Virus record (IMG/VR): IMGVR_UViG_3300027797_000025 | Span: 4,230 to 68,229 of that record | Strand: one strand, 5' to 3' | Origin: a virus | DNA: 64,000 nucleotides | Translations under genes and position numbers: made by a program | Notes under the pieces: generated by a model | Seen by the model: only the letters and a program-made list of their open reading frames with translations | The model's database searches: none | Told to the model about the DNA's origin: nothing | Shown: positions 55,131 to 63,622 of the stretch, one piece after another | Layout of the letters: each line of letters opens with the position of its first letter | How positions within the stretch are numbered: position 1 is the stretch's first letter

Positions 55131-55336
55131 TGACCCGCAATAACAAAGATTTTCACGAAGCCAAAACTTTAAGCGAAGCCGTAGAAGCCGCTGCCGATTC
55201 TTATCAAGTTCAAGCTGCTCACGATAAGTTTAACCCGCGTCCAAAAGGCCCACACGCAGATGAGCTTGACGAAGCGCGTAAAAATGGCGGATTAACATTT
55301 ACTACTCAATGGCTAGATTCGCAGGATGATAAATAA
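55130..55336 (+). CDS. Hypothetical protein
   Basis: GGAGG RBS; coupled to neighbours. Confidence 0.6.
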   Translation: MTRNNKDFHEAKTLSEAVEAAADSYQVQAAHDKFNPRPKGPHADELDEARKNGGLTFTTQWLDSQDDK

Positions 55337-55563
55337 TGAGTAATGACCCAGGGCTATTTACAGACGCAACAGGCGACGGCATGGCTGGAGCCATGGATGT
55401 TGCGCTTGAAACTCAGCGCGAAATGCCTACAGTTTACAACGGTTCTACATCCTGTAAGGGGTGTGGGATGATGCTGAACCCCGTACAATCGTTACATACA
55501 GATCTTTGCTCCTCTTGCAACCGACGCAAGTTAAGCAAATTAGTGAAAGGCCGAATGGCATGA
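55336..55563 (+). CDS. Small zinc-finger protein
   Basis: CKGC...CSSC. Confidence 0.6.
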   Translation: MSNDPGLFTDATGDGMAGAMDVALETQREMPTVYNGSTSCKGCGMMLNPVQSLHTDLCSSCNRRKLSKLVKGRMA

Positions 55564-55769
55564 CCGTAAACAAGTTCCGATCAGAGAGTGCTTCACTCAT
55601 TGAAGGTTCAACAGATGGCAAGTATCGTAAGCGCCGTCCAAATACAGAAGTTGCGCCAGGCATGGGTGACCAGTTAGTTGTTAAGAACCGCGCTGGCTTG
55701 CATCCTTACATGAACTACGGGTTTATTAACTCAGAAGAGACCGCAAAGGTAAGCCCAGGAGCTAACTAA
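55560..55769 (+). CDS. Hypothetical protein
   Basis: ATGA overlap at 55560 with GAAAGG RBS. Confidence 0.6.
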   Translation: MTVNKFRSESASLIEGSTDGKYRKRRPNTEVAPGMGDQLVVKNRAGLHPYMNYGFINSEETAKVSPGAN

Positions 55770-56113
55770 TGAAAACACCACGCCGTAGAGATCGTGATGA
55801 CCGCCGTTCAGTGGGGTCACACGAAGAAATGACTGCTGCTTTAGGTCGTGCAGCTGGTTGGGCCAAAGCTGGGCCGTTTGCTGTAAAGTTTAATCCTGGT
55901 AACACAGAGGTTGAAAGATCAGGTCATGGTCATGTTAAAGTTGGTAAAAAAGGTTTCTATGACCCAGATTCTGTAGTCGATGTGTCTTTGTACCCTCACG
56001 AGGCAACTAAAGGTTTAGATAACACTGCAACTGGTCGCCCAGAAAATAAACTACCAAAAAAAGGTAAAGGTCGCCCAGATATGACAGGTATTGAGGATGC
56101 GGAAATAAAATAA
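55769..56113 (+). CDS. Hypothetical protein
   Basis: TAATG coupling; AGGAG RBS. Confidence 0.6.
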   Translation: MKTPRRRDRDDRRSVGSHEEMTAALGRAAGWAKAGPFAVKFNPGNTEVERSGHGHVKVGKKGFYDPDSVVDVSLYPHEATKGLDNTATGRPENKLPKKGKGRPDMTGIEDAEIK

Positions 56114-56142
56114 GTACGCAGCCTTTGTGGTAGTATTTCGCC

Positions 56143-56697
56143 ATGTCAAAGACTGAACTAGAAAACGAATATATTCTTCTGCTTGTATGCAAAACTTGTA
56201 AAAGCATTGAAGAGATTCCGTATGTTAAATCTGGCAAATATTTAGGTGATGGTAAGTTTGATCAAACAGAAAACCCATATTTAGCAGAGTCTAACGCCCC
56301 GCATGAGCGTAAGGGTTGTTACGGCGCCCTTGTAGATATTAACTGGGTATATTGGATGACACCTAAGATTAAAGAATCAATTGTTGCTCAGATTAAAGAG
56401 CAATTTACTTCTAAAAGCCCATTAACTGCAGGTCTTGATGTTTTTGGTACAGGGTTTTACGACCTTAAAGATACGTTTAGCGCAGATGCTATGTCTTGCT
56501 GGAAGCTTCACAACAGCCCCAAGGGCCAGTGTCCAGACTATAAGACAGACCGTAAACTGCTTAAACCAGGTACTGACAAAGAACGTGCTGCCGAAGGGTT
56601 GGCTAAATCCACAATTAAGGTTCATTTATGCGATTTTTGCCCTGTTAAAATGTACAACCAGCAAAAGGCCTATAAAGAGCGTGGCCTTTACGACTAA
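56143..56697 (+). CDS. Hypothetical Cys-containing protein
   Basis: CKTC, CWKLH, CPDY, CDFCP; leaderless start. Confidence 0.7.
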   Translation: MSKTELENEYILLLVCKTCKSIEEIPYVKSGKYLGDGKFDQTENPYLAESNAPHERKGCYGALVDINWVYWMTPKIKESIVAQIKEQFTSKSPLTAGLDVFGTGFYDLKDTFSADAMSCWKLHNSPKGQCPDYKTDRKLLKPGTDKERAAEGLAKSTIKVHLCDFCPVKMYNQQKAYKERGLYD

Positions 56698-56751
56698 AGG
56701 CTTGTAGCTCAGGGGTATACTGTACATACACACATTTAAAGAGGTGGCCCC

Positions 56752-56958
56752 ATGTTTATAGAGATGAGCTGCAACTGCGAAGCGTCATTTCAAATTGATA
56801 GCGCCGAAAATGAAACACTTGGTTTAATTTGGGCGCAATCATTTATAAACGCGCACAATTCGTGCGGTTACATGACACGGCCTTTAGCGCAAGAGATTGA
56901 AGAAAAGATGAAGCGCTATGACGTTATCTATAAAGAAGAGCGAGAAAAAGAACTATAA
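56752..56958 (+). CDS. Hypothetical protein
   Basis: GAGG RBS; CxC...H..C. Confidence 0.6.
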   Translation: MFIEMSCNCEASFQIDSAENETLGLIWAQSFINAHNSCGYMTRPLAQEIEEKMKRYDVIYKEEREKEL

Positions 56959-56965
56959 TAAGTAG

Positions 56966-57895
56966 ATGAACTTATACGACGCACTGGTTGCGCAAGCAAC
57001 TCCAGTAGACGTAGAGCCTTCAGAAACTTCGTATTTTGCCCCATCTTCCGCAGGGCTCGATCCACGGCTATTTAGGGATGGAAAGTTAATCCCAGCAGTT
57101 AGATCGTCAATTTTAAGAATCTTACTTGAACACCTTCGCGTTCATTATTATAACCCTGAGGGTTATATTCATGCTTGGCTTGCTGGATCAGCTGTATCGT
57201 ATCAATGGACTGCTGCTCGCAAACCAGCTGATTTAGATTGTTTAATTGGTATAAACTATTTAGCATTCCGCCAATCTAATCAAGAATACAAAGCATTAAG
57301 TGATAAACAGATAGCTGATATGTTTAATGAAGATTTTAGAACAGCCCTTCATCCTTATGTTGATAACTTTTTAGAGGCTTACGAACTTACTTTCTACGTA
57401 AATGTAAAGTCAGATATCATTTCAATTAAACCTTATGCTGCTTACTCGCTTACTAATGACGACTGGACAGTTCAACCAGAGATTCGCAGAGCACCAGTTA
57501 ATAAGTTATGGGAACGTAAACTAGCCCAAGATACCTCAATGACTACAGAAATTCTTTCACGCTATTCAAAAGCATTAACCGCAATAGGCTCTGCTACTAC
57601 TGACCACGCAAGACGAAACGCAGAGTCTGCGTTAAAGTTAGCTATTCAACAAGGTTCTGCTTTGTTTGAAGATATACACAGTGGTAGAAAAGTAGCGTTT
57701 AGCCCAGAGGGGCAAGGGTACTCAGATATTGCTAACTATCGTTGGCAAGCAGGCAAATCTGCTGGTACAGTTCAGGCCTTAAAGAAATTAAAAGATATAT
57801 CTACGCGTAGTCGTAAGGAGTACGAACAATCTACTTATGGTATGGAGTTGCCAACAACTGATACTTTAATTAGACGTACTATGCTAGGAAAGTAA
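56966..57895 (+). CDS. Pol-beta-superfamily nucleotidyltransferase-like protein
   Basis: 'LAGSAVSYQW......DLDCLI' GS...DxD motif; later 'YELTFYV'. Confidence 0.7.
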   Translation: MNLYDALVAQATPVDVEPSETSYFAPSSAGLDPRLFRDGKLIPAVRSSILRILLEHLRVHYYNPEGYIHAWLAGSAVSYQWTAARKPADLDCLIGINYLAFRQSNQEYKALSDKQIADMFNEDFRTALHPYVDNFLEAYELTFYVNVKSDIISIKPYAAYSLTNDDWTVQPEIRRAPVNKLWERKLAQDTSMTTEILSRYSKALTAIGSATTDHARRNAESALKLAIQQGSALFEDIHSGRKVAFSPEGQGYSDIANYRWQAGKSAGTVQALKKLKDISTRSRKEYEQSTYGMELPTTDTLIRRTMLGK

Positions 57896-57981
57896 TGTGT
57901 AGGGAGTGCGGTAACTGCTCACAAGAGCATACGCGGACACTAGATGACGCAGTTGATGAGGCAGAAGCAAGTATTATTTAA
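57895..57981 (+). CDS. 28-aa CxxCxxC peptide (not in ORF track)
   Basis: MCRECGNCSQEHTRTLDDAVDEAEASII; TAATG coupling with AGGA upstream. Confidence 0.45.
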   Translation: MCRECGNCSQEHTRTLDDAVDEAEASII

Positions 57982-58004
57982 CTAGGTAGTTGGAGAATTA
58001 ATTC

Positions 58005-58463
58005 GTGACATTTTTAATGTTTATAGATGGCGTACTGCGTACGCATACTCATACCCCTATCTATCAAGGCCTTGGTCTATACAGGTTACTTGCCGAAAAC
58101 AATAGAGTACTTTTAATATCTTCTAATAAAGAAGTAGACGATGTGTGGTTACGCCAACATAAGATTAATAAAATTGATGATCTAATTGGTCGTGATATCC
58201 CCTCAATGACAGAGAACATAGAGTTTCGTCAAGTTGAGTACTGTCGCGGTCAAGGGCCAGTTGAGATGGTTATAACTTCTAACCCAGTGTTGGCTAAAGA
58301 CCTATTAGAAGTTGGAATTACAACAATGGTGTTTCTACAACCATCTTATGTCAAAGAGGAATTTAGACCAGATAGCCGCGTAGGCCGCAAAAGCTGGGAA
58401 GATATATCTACAGAAATAGCCAACCAGCAAGACGCAATAAAAGAAGACCCACGCGTACAATGA
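58005..58463 (+). CDS. HAD-superfamily-like protein (degenerate)
   Basis: 'MFIDGVLR' resembles the DxDGVL motif but lacks the first Asp; GGAG RBS. Confidence 0.5.
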   Translation: MTFLMFIDGVLRTHTHTPIYQGLGLYRLLAENNRVLLISSNKEVDDVWLRQHKINKIDDLIGRDIPSMTENIEFRQVEYCRGQGPVEMVITSNPVLAKDLLEVGITTMVFLQPSYVKEEFRPDSRVGRKSWEDISTEIANQQDAIKEDPRVQ

Positions 58464-59914
58464 AGCTAATATATCTAGGAGCAGAGGTTCCCAGCAACCG
58501 TACTCTATTAGAAACAACTTCAGCCACCCAGGTAGGCGTGAGCTTCTGGCGGCTGCGGGAGCGGGGCTTACCTAAAAACAAAGATTACCTATTAGATAAC
58601 TATTTTAATGATGATTTTTCTATTTATGTGTACCCTGGCATCCCAAAAGGCACATCTCTGGGCCCAGACGAGCTCGCAGTTTTTGCCGCCGAATACGAAG
58701 ATTTTATTGCACATAACATAGACCGCTTAACTACTTTCAATGAAATTAGCGAAATAGACCCCGCCTTTGTTGATCTACAAAGAAAGACAGCTTGGTCGGA
58801 GGTTCCACCAGGCAAGTTCCAGCCAGTCTGGGATCCAGCTTCTGGATTAAAAGGCTTGAATCTAATGGTAGATACTTACTTAGATATAGCAATCCCTGGC
58901 TATGCCATCGAGGATGAGCCTCAGCTTGCCGTAGTTACTCGAACACATGTTCGAAACAATGGCACACGCTTTCATGCGATAGGTTGCGCTAAACCAGATA
59001 ACCTACGCCAAGTAAGTATTGAATCGGCTAGCACTATGTCTTGGCTCAGTCCTATGATGCACGGAGAAACTATCGTATGGGACGGCATGAAGCTGATGCG
59101 TTACCCAAAGCGTATGAAGGCTCAAGCTAGGTCTAGGTATCGGAACGTATATATAAAGGCTGGGCTTGATATAGATAAGATTTTGGAAGACGACCCTAAG
59201 GAAGTCTGCCGATTAGCAGTGTGGTCATACGGCCAATTTGAACGAAAGGTGAACGGCGTGACTGATGAGGGCTTCTTATATGATAACAGCGATGAACTAG
59301 AAGTAGTATCAAACGCGGAAACACCCCTACCTAGTATTGATAACAAGGGGGTTGGGATGCGGAAACTTTTGCCCCGTGAGCCTGAAGAAATGGGCAACCT
59401 TCCCGTGTTTGGTTACGGTATTTCTAGCACCGTAGACGAGAACGGGCTCATCCAAGATGTACAAACTGTACACTCTCAGGCATCATCACTTAGGGTATGT
59501 AATACTTGTTTTGTAGCCTCTAGCTGCCCAGCTTTTAAGCCTGATTCAGTGTGCGCTTTCAAGTTACCTATTGAGGTAAAAACTAAAGATCAACTTAAAT
59601 CCCTTATCAATGCAATCATTGAAATGCAGGGGCAACGTGTTGCTTTCATGCGTTTTGCTGAAGAAATGAGCGGTGGATACGCCGATCCTAATGTTTCTCA
59701 AGAGATAGACCGCCTATTTAAATTAATCAAGACGACCAAAGAATTAGACGATTCACGTGAGTTTATTCGCATGACTGTAGAGCGACAAGGCTCTGCAGGT
59801 GTGTTAAGTTCCATCTTTGGAGACCGAGCAAATGTGCTCAAAGAGTTACCAAATGATGGGCTAAACGAAGAGCAAACTACGCAAATCATACGTGAACTCA
59901 TAGAAGACGAGTAA
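58460..59914 (+). CDS. TGT/DpdA-like TIM-barrel-related protein fused to Cys-rich and helical domains (tentative)
   Basis: 'RFHAIG.....L......SAST.SW.....GE' resembles the HxLG...SxDSxSW motif; later CNTC.....C........C. Confidence 0.4.
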   Translation: MKLIYLGAEVPSNRTLLETTSATQVGVSFWRLRERGLPKNKDYLLDNYFNDDFSIYVYPGIPKGTSLGPDELAVFAAEYEDFIAHNIDRLTTFNEISEIDPAFVDLQRKTAWSEVPPGKFQPVWDPASGLKGLNLMVDTYLDIAIPGYAIEDEPQLAVVTRTHVRNNGTRFHAIGCAKPDNLRQVSIESASTMSWLSPMMHGETIVWDGMKLMRYPKRMKAQARSRYRNVYIKAGLDIDKILEDDPKEVCRLAVWSYGQFERKVNGVTDEGFLYDNSDELEVVSNAETPLPSIDNKGVGMRKLLPREPEEMGNLPVFGYGISSTVDENGLIQDVQTVHSQASSLRVCNTCFVASSCPAFKPDSVCAFKLPIEVKTKDQLKSLINAIIEMQGQRVAFMRFAEEMSGGYADPNVSQEIDRLFKLIKTTKELDDSREFIRMTVERQGSAGVLSSIFGDRANVLKELPNDGLNEEQTTQIIRELIEDE

Positions 59915-60024
59915 CCACTCTTATCATATAAGAGGCCTATAGCAGAGGTGGATAGCACCATACCTGCTGAACTAGTTGTACCGCAGCAAGTAAACTATAA
60001 AACCCTAAGCAGAACGGAAAACAT

Positions 60025-62049
60025 ATGCCATTATCGTTTCATTTAGCCGAAGACTTTGTCACAGGGTACAAGGAGAAGAAAGTGCCTTGGGGGTATGTAG
60101 ATGCTGGCGGGAACTCGGTTGGGGAGATTACCTTTCTTCGAACCTACTCACGTTTAAAGGCTGACGGGACTAAAGAGACTTGGGTTGATGTATGCGAGCG
60201 CGTTATCAACGGCATGTATTCTATTCAGAAAGATCACGCCAAGACTAACCGACTACCTTGGAACGACTCCAAGGCTCAGTCTTCTGCTAAAGAGGCGTTT
60301 GACCGCTTGTTTAATCTTAAGTGGACGCCACCAGGCCGAGGACTGTGGGTTATGGGCACGCCACTTGTAAATGAACAGAAGAACTCAGCCGCTCTTCAAA
60401 ACTGCTCCTTTGTATCCACAGAATCCATGACCAAGATCAACCCAGCCAAACCATTTGCTTTTCTAATGGAAGCTTCAATGCTCGGAGTGGGCGTTGGCTT
60501 TGATGATAAGGGCGCAGACAAGGACTTTACTATTTATGAACCACAACCAGACACCGATCCAATCGTCATCCCAGATACCAGAGAAGGGTGGGTTGAATCA
60601 ACTGCCACCCTCATCAATGCCTACCTCAAATCAGATTGTAAGGCTCCAGTATTTGATTACAAAGAAATCCGCCTTGCGGGCGAGCCAATCAAGACTTTCG
60701 GCGGAACAGCTGCGGGCCCAGAGCCTTTAATTCGTCTTCACAACTATGTGCGTTCTATATTTAAAAACCGTGCTGGAGAGAAACTAACCCGTAAAGATAT
60801 TGCCGATCTTGGTAATCTAATTGGAGTTTGCGTAGTTTCAGGCAACGTCCGCCGCTCAGCTGAGCTGCTTATGGGCAGGCTAGATGACAAAGACTTTCTT
60901 AATCTGAAGAACGCTGAGATTTATCCAGAACGCAACTCTTACGACTCTGAAGCGCCTGGCTGGGCTTGGATGTCTAACAATTCTGTTGAGGTTAGCGTTG
61001 GTTCAGATTTAAGTAGCATTGTTGAGGGCATCGCTCTCAATGGTGAGCCTGGCGTTATCTGGATGGATGTAACTCGTAAGTACGGGCGCCTTGTTGACCC
61101 TGCTAATAACAAAGACTGGAGAGCTTCGGGCTACAACCCTTGCGCTGAGCAATCTCTTGAATCATTTGAATGCTGTACTTTGGTTGAAACCTATTTGAAT
61201 CGCCATGATTCTCTTGAAGATTTTAAACGAACTCTTAAATTTGCTTATCTCTACGCTAAGACTGTAACTCTTTTGCCTACTCACTGGGAAGAGACCAACG
61301 CAATCATGCAGCGTAATCGCCGTATTGGAACTTCTATGTCTGGTGTGGCTAACTTTGCTGACCGAGTCGGGCTTCCAACTCTTCGTGAGTGGATGGACGC
61401 TGGTTACAATGTTGTTCAGCAGTACGATAAGTCATACTCAGAGTGGCTTGGTATCCGCGAATCTATTAAAACAACTACTGTAAAGCCTTCGGGAACTGTC
61501 TCTATCTTGGCTGGAGAATCTCCTGGCGTACATTGGACTCCTGGCGGTCAATACTTCCTTCGTGCTATTAGATTTGGTAATGAAGATCCTATGCTGCCCC
61601 TCTTCAAAGCTAGCGGCTACCGAGTAGAGCCAGCTTCAGAGTCACCAGCATCTACTTCGGTGGTGTTCTTCCCAATTAAGTCTATGGCTCTCCGCTCAGA
61701 GAAGGACGTTTCTATATTTGAAAAGACATCTCTCGCTGCTATGGCTCAACGCCATTGGTCTGACAACTCTGTATCTGTAACGGTCTCTTTTGACGCGGTT
61801 AAGGAAAAAGATGCTGTTGGCACTGTGCTTCATATGTTTGACGGGCAACTAAAAACTGTTTCGTTCTTACCTATGGGCAACCATGTCTATCCTCAAATGC
61901 CTTACACTCAAATGACGCAAGAAGCCTACGATAACTACACGCTTTCTCTCCTGCCTATTGACTTTACTGACGTGTACGCAGGCATGGCTTCCGACGCTAT
62001 TGGTGAAAAGTATTGCTCAACTGACTTCTGCGAAGTGCCAAAGCCATGA
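60025..62049 (+). CDS. nrdJ: Class II (B12-dependent) ribonucleotide reductase, monomeric RTPR type
   Basis: PPGRGLW, LQNC, GNVRRSAE, NPCAEQ, TVKPSGTVS, C-terminal C....C. Confidence 0.93.
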   Translation: MPLSFHLAEDFVTGYKEKKVPWGYVDAGGNSVGEITFLRTYSRLKADGTKETWVDVCERVINGMYSIQKDHAKTNRLPWNDSKAQSSAKEAFDRLFNLKWTPPGRGLWVMGTPLVNEQKNSAALQNCSFVSTESMTKINPAKPFAFLMEASMLGVGVGFDDKGADKDFTIYEPQPDTDPIVIPDTREGWVESTATLINAYLKSDCKAPVFDYKEIRLAGEPIKTFGGTAAGPEPLIRLHNYVRSIFKNRAGEKLTRKDIADLGNLIGVCVVSGNVRRSAELLMGRLDDKDFLNLKNAEIYPERNSYDSEAPGWAWMSNNSVEVSVGSDLSSIVEGIALNGEPGVIWMDVTRKYGRLVDPANNKDWRASGYNPCAEQSLESFECCTLVETYLNRHDSLEDFKRTLKFAYLYAKTVTLLPTHWEETNAIMQRNRRIGTSMSGVANFADRVGLPTLREWMDAGYNVVQQYDKSYSEWLGIRESIKTTTVKPSGTVSILAGESPGVHWTPGGQYFLRAIRFGNEDPMLPLFKASGYRVEPASESPASTSVVFFPIKSMALRSEKDVSIFEKTSLAAMAQRHWSDNSVSVTVSFDAVKEKDAVGTVLHMFDGQLKTVSFLPMGNHVYPQMPYTQMTQEAYDNYTLSLLPIDFTDVYAGMASDAIGEKYCSTDFCEVPKP

Positions 62050-62630
62050 TGTTAGATAAAATTAAAGAGGCTAAGCAGAATAGTCACGGTATTGTATTTG
62101 AAAACTACCAACCCCCAAGCATTACGTGGGAAGACGTTTTAAACTTTTTATATAAAGAGTCACTTACCCCAAATCATGACTTAAATGAACGGGTAAAGCA
62201 GCATAATAATAATGACTTCATATCAATCGGTAACGTACAAATACAAAGCAAGTTTTGGCTTGCCCCTCAAACCTCTGACATATTTAAAGAGTTTAAAGGG
62301 GTATCAGAACTTCTATACGGTTTAAACAATGAGCAAGAGGATACTACCTGTGGTTACTATAAAGTTAGGGGGCATGACTGCTCTCTCGACTGGCATTTTC
62401 AAGGTATAAGAATCTCTCTATCTAATAGGCTTGTTTCAGACCACCACGACCCTCATGACATATTCTATTGGCAAATACTAGGTACATCTTTTTGGAAAAT
62501 AGATAACGACATTACCTATACGCTAAATCCAGGGGACTTGCTCTACTTACCCCTTGAAAACTCACATGAGGTATGGTGTGATAGCCCTAGAGCAGGACTC
62601 TTAATAGATAATTTATCAAACCGTAAATAA
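62046..62630 (+). CDS. JmjC/cupin-fold 2OG oxygenase
   Basis: 'HHDPHDIFYWQILG.S.W.I...LNPGDLLYLP....HEV'. Confidence 0.75.
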   Translation: MMLDKIKEAKQNSHGIVFENYQPPSITWEDVLNFLYKESLTPNHDLNERVKQHNNNDFISIGNVQIQSKFWLAPQTSDIFKEFKGVSELLYGLNNEQEDTTCGYYKVRGHDCSLDWHFQGIRISLSNRLVSDHHDPHDIFYWQILGTSFWKIDNDITYTLNPGDLLYLPLENSHEVWCDSPRAGLLIDNLSNRK

Positions 62631-62659
62631 GAAAGCCCCCCAATCGGGGGGCTTTCTTA
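62628..62659. terminator. Bidirectional terminator between convergent transcription units
   Basis: TAAGAAAGCCCCCC-AATC-GGGGGGCTTTCTTA. Confidence 0.85.
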
Positions 62660-62663
62660 GTAT

Positions 62664-62768
62664 CTAGGCGCAGGTACGGCTCGTCAAGGGAGAGTCATGA
62701 CCGCCCTTAGCATTAGAAAGGTTAAAGAGGTGCTTTAACGCCTTGATACGTTCCCATGTCCCGCATAG
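62664..62768 (-). ncRNA. Candidate structured RNA (~105 nt)
   Basis: Minus-strand arms CUAUGCGGGACAUGG...CG..UCAAGG and CCUUGACG..CCGUACCUGCGCCUAG pair using G-U wobbles; internal hairpin GUUAAAG-CACCU-CUUUAAC. Confidence 0.45.
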
Positions 62769-62772
62769 AAAA

Positions 62773-62925
62773 CTAAGTTTTAAGTCTTTCTTCTCTCAAA
62801 AGAACTTGAAGCATTTTAACTCTCTTTGTTAAATATATGTTCTCTCTCCACATGATTAGCATTGTGGCTAGTAAACCAATTAAAGCAATCATAGTTCCTA
62901 TTACGGTTAAAGTGTCAATCGTCAT
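62773..62925 (-). CDS. Small membrane protein (not in ORF track)
   Basis: MTIDTLTVIGTMIALIGLLATMLIMWREN...; one TM helix and a basic tail. Confidence 0.55.
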   Translation of the reverse strand: MTIDTLTVIGTMIALIGLLATMLIMWRENIYLTKRVKMLQVLLREERLKT

Positions 62926-63010
62926 CATCATCATCGTCCCAATCTGGAATCACACTTGGAAATGGGTTGCCCCAATCTGGATTTGGAATAATAGGCTCTG
63001 TAAAACTCAT
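62915..63010 (-). CDS. 31-aa acidic peptide (not in ORF track)
   Basis: MSFTEPIIPNPDWGNPFPSVIPDWDDDDDDD; TAATG coupling to the upstream gene. Confidence 0.55.
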   Translation of the reverse strand: MSFTEPIIPNPDWGNPFPSVIPDWDDDDDDD

Positions 63011-63300
63011 TACACGTCTCGCTTGTATCCGAGTTGACCTACCCATGCTAAAGGCTTGCCTTTAGCGTCTAAGTTCTGCGTTGTAGCCACTAACTTTAAC
63101 GATTTGCGTGGCGTTAGTTCTTGTACCTTTTCTTTGATCCAACGCTTCGCTGCGGAAGCGTTTGACCACGCTGCGGTAAGGGTTTCGTTAGGAATATCCA
63201 TACCTTCATCAGTAATTCTAATAGTGGTTAGCCATGCGCCACCCTTTTCAGCGTTTTTAATTGTTTCTGCGTAAAATACTACGTTCACCTTTTTAGTCAT
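63010..63300 (-). CDS. Hypothetical protein
   Basis: AAAGGA RBS on the minus strand; 96 aa. Confidence 0.7.
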   Translation of the reverse strand: MTKKVNVVFYAETIKNAEKGGAWLTTIRITDEGMDIPNETLTAAWSNASAAKRWIKEKVQELTPRKSLKLVATTQNLDAKGKPLAWVGQLGYKRDV

Positions 63301-63379
63301 TGTATTCCTTTTCGTTAATGGGCTTGGTAGCCACGGGTTTATACTACATCAAACAGGCACATTGTCGCGCCAACACAAA

Positions 63380-63523
63380 CTAACTTACTCCGTCCATTTC
63401 TCTCACGGTAGGCATTTCCTCAACGGTTACCCACTTACAAGTCTCTCCAGCGTACACGTCATTAGTTAGATTAACAATGGCTTTATACCACTCATCATCT
63501 ACTATTAGAGTTATCTTTCTCAT
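63380..63523 (-). CDS. Hypothetical 47-aa protein (not in ORF track)
   Basis: MRKITLIVDDEW...; GAGGA RBS and TAATG coupling. Confidence 0.55.
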   Translation of the reverse strand: MRKITLIVDDEWYKAIVNLTNDVYAGETCKWVTVEEMPTVREMDGVS

Positions 63524-63618
63524 TACTTATCCTCTCTATCCTCTTTACACTCGTGCGGTATTCCCCACGCAGTAACTTCGTAAAGGTCTCCGCACCACGG
63601 ACACATTGGCTTACTCAT
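63523..63618 (-). CDS. 31-aa zinc-binding peptide (not in ORF track)
   Basis: MSKPMCPWCGD...PHEC. Confidence 0.5.
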   Translation of the reverse strand: MSKPMCPWCGDLYEVTAWGIPHECKEDREDK

Positions 63619-63622
63619 CTCT

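Noticed and set aside
59918-60024. Possible cobalamin riboswitch or NrdR box upstream of nrdJ
   Set aside because: The region is short and shows no recognisable B12-box. Only a small inverted repeat (CTCTTAT-CAT-ATAAGAG) is visible.
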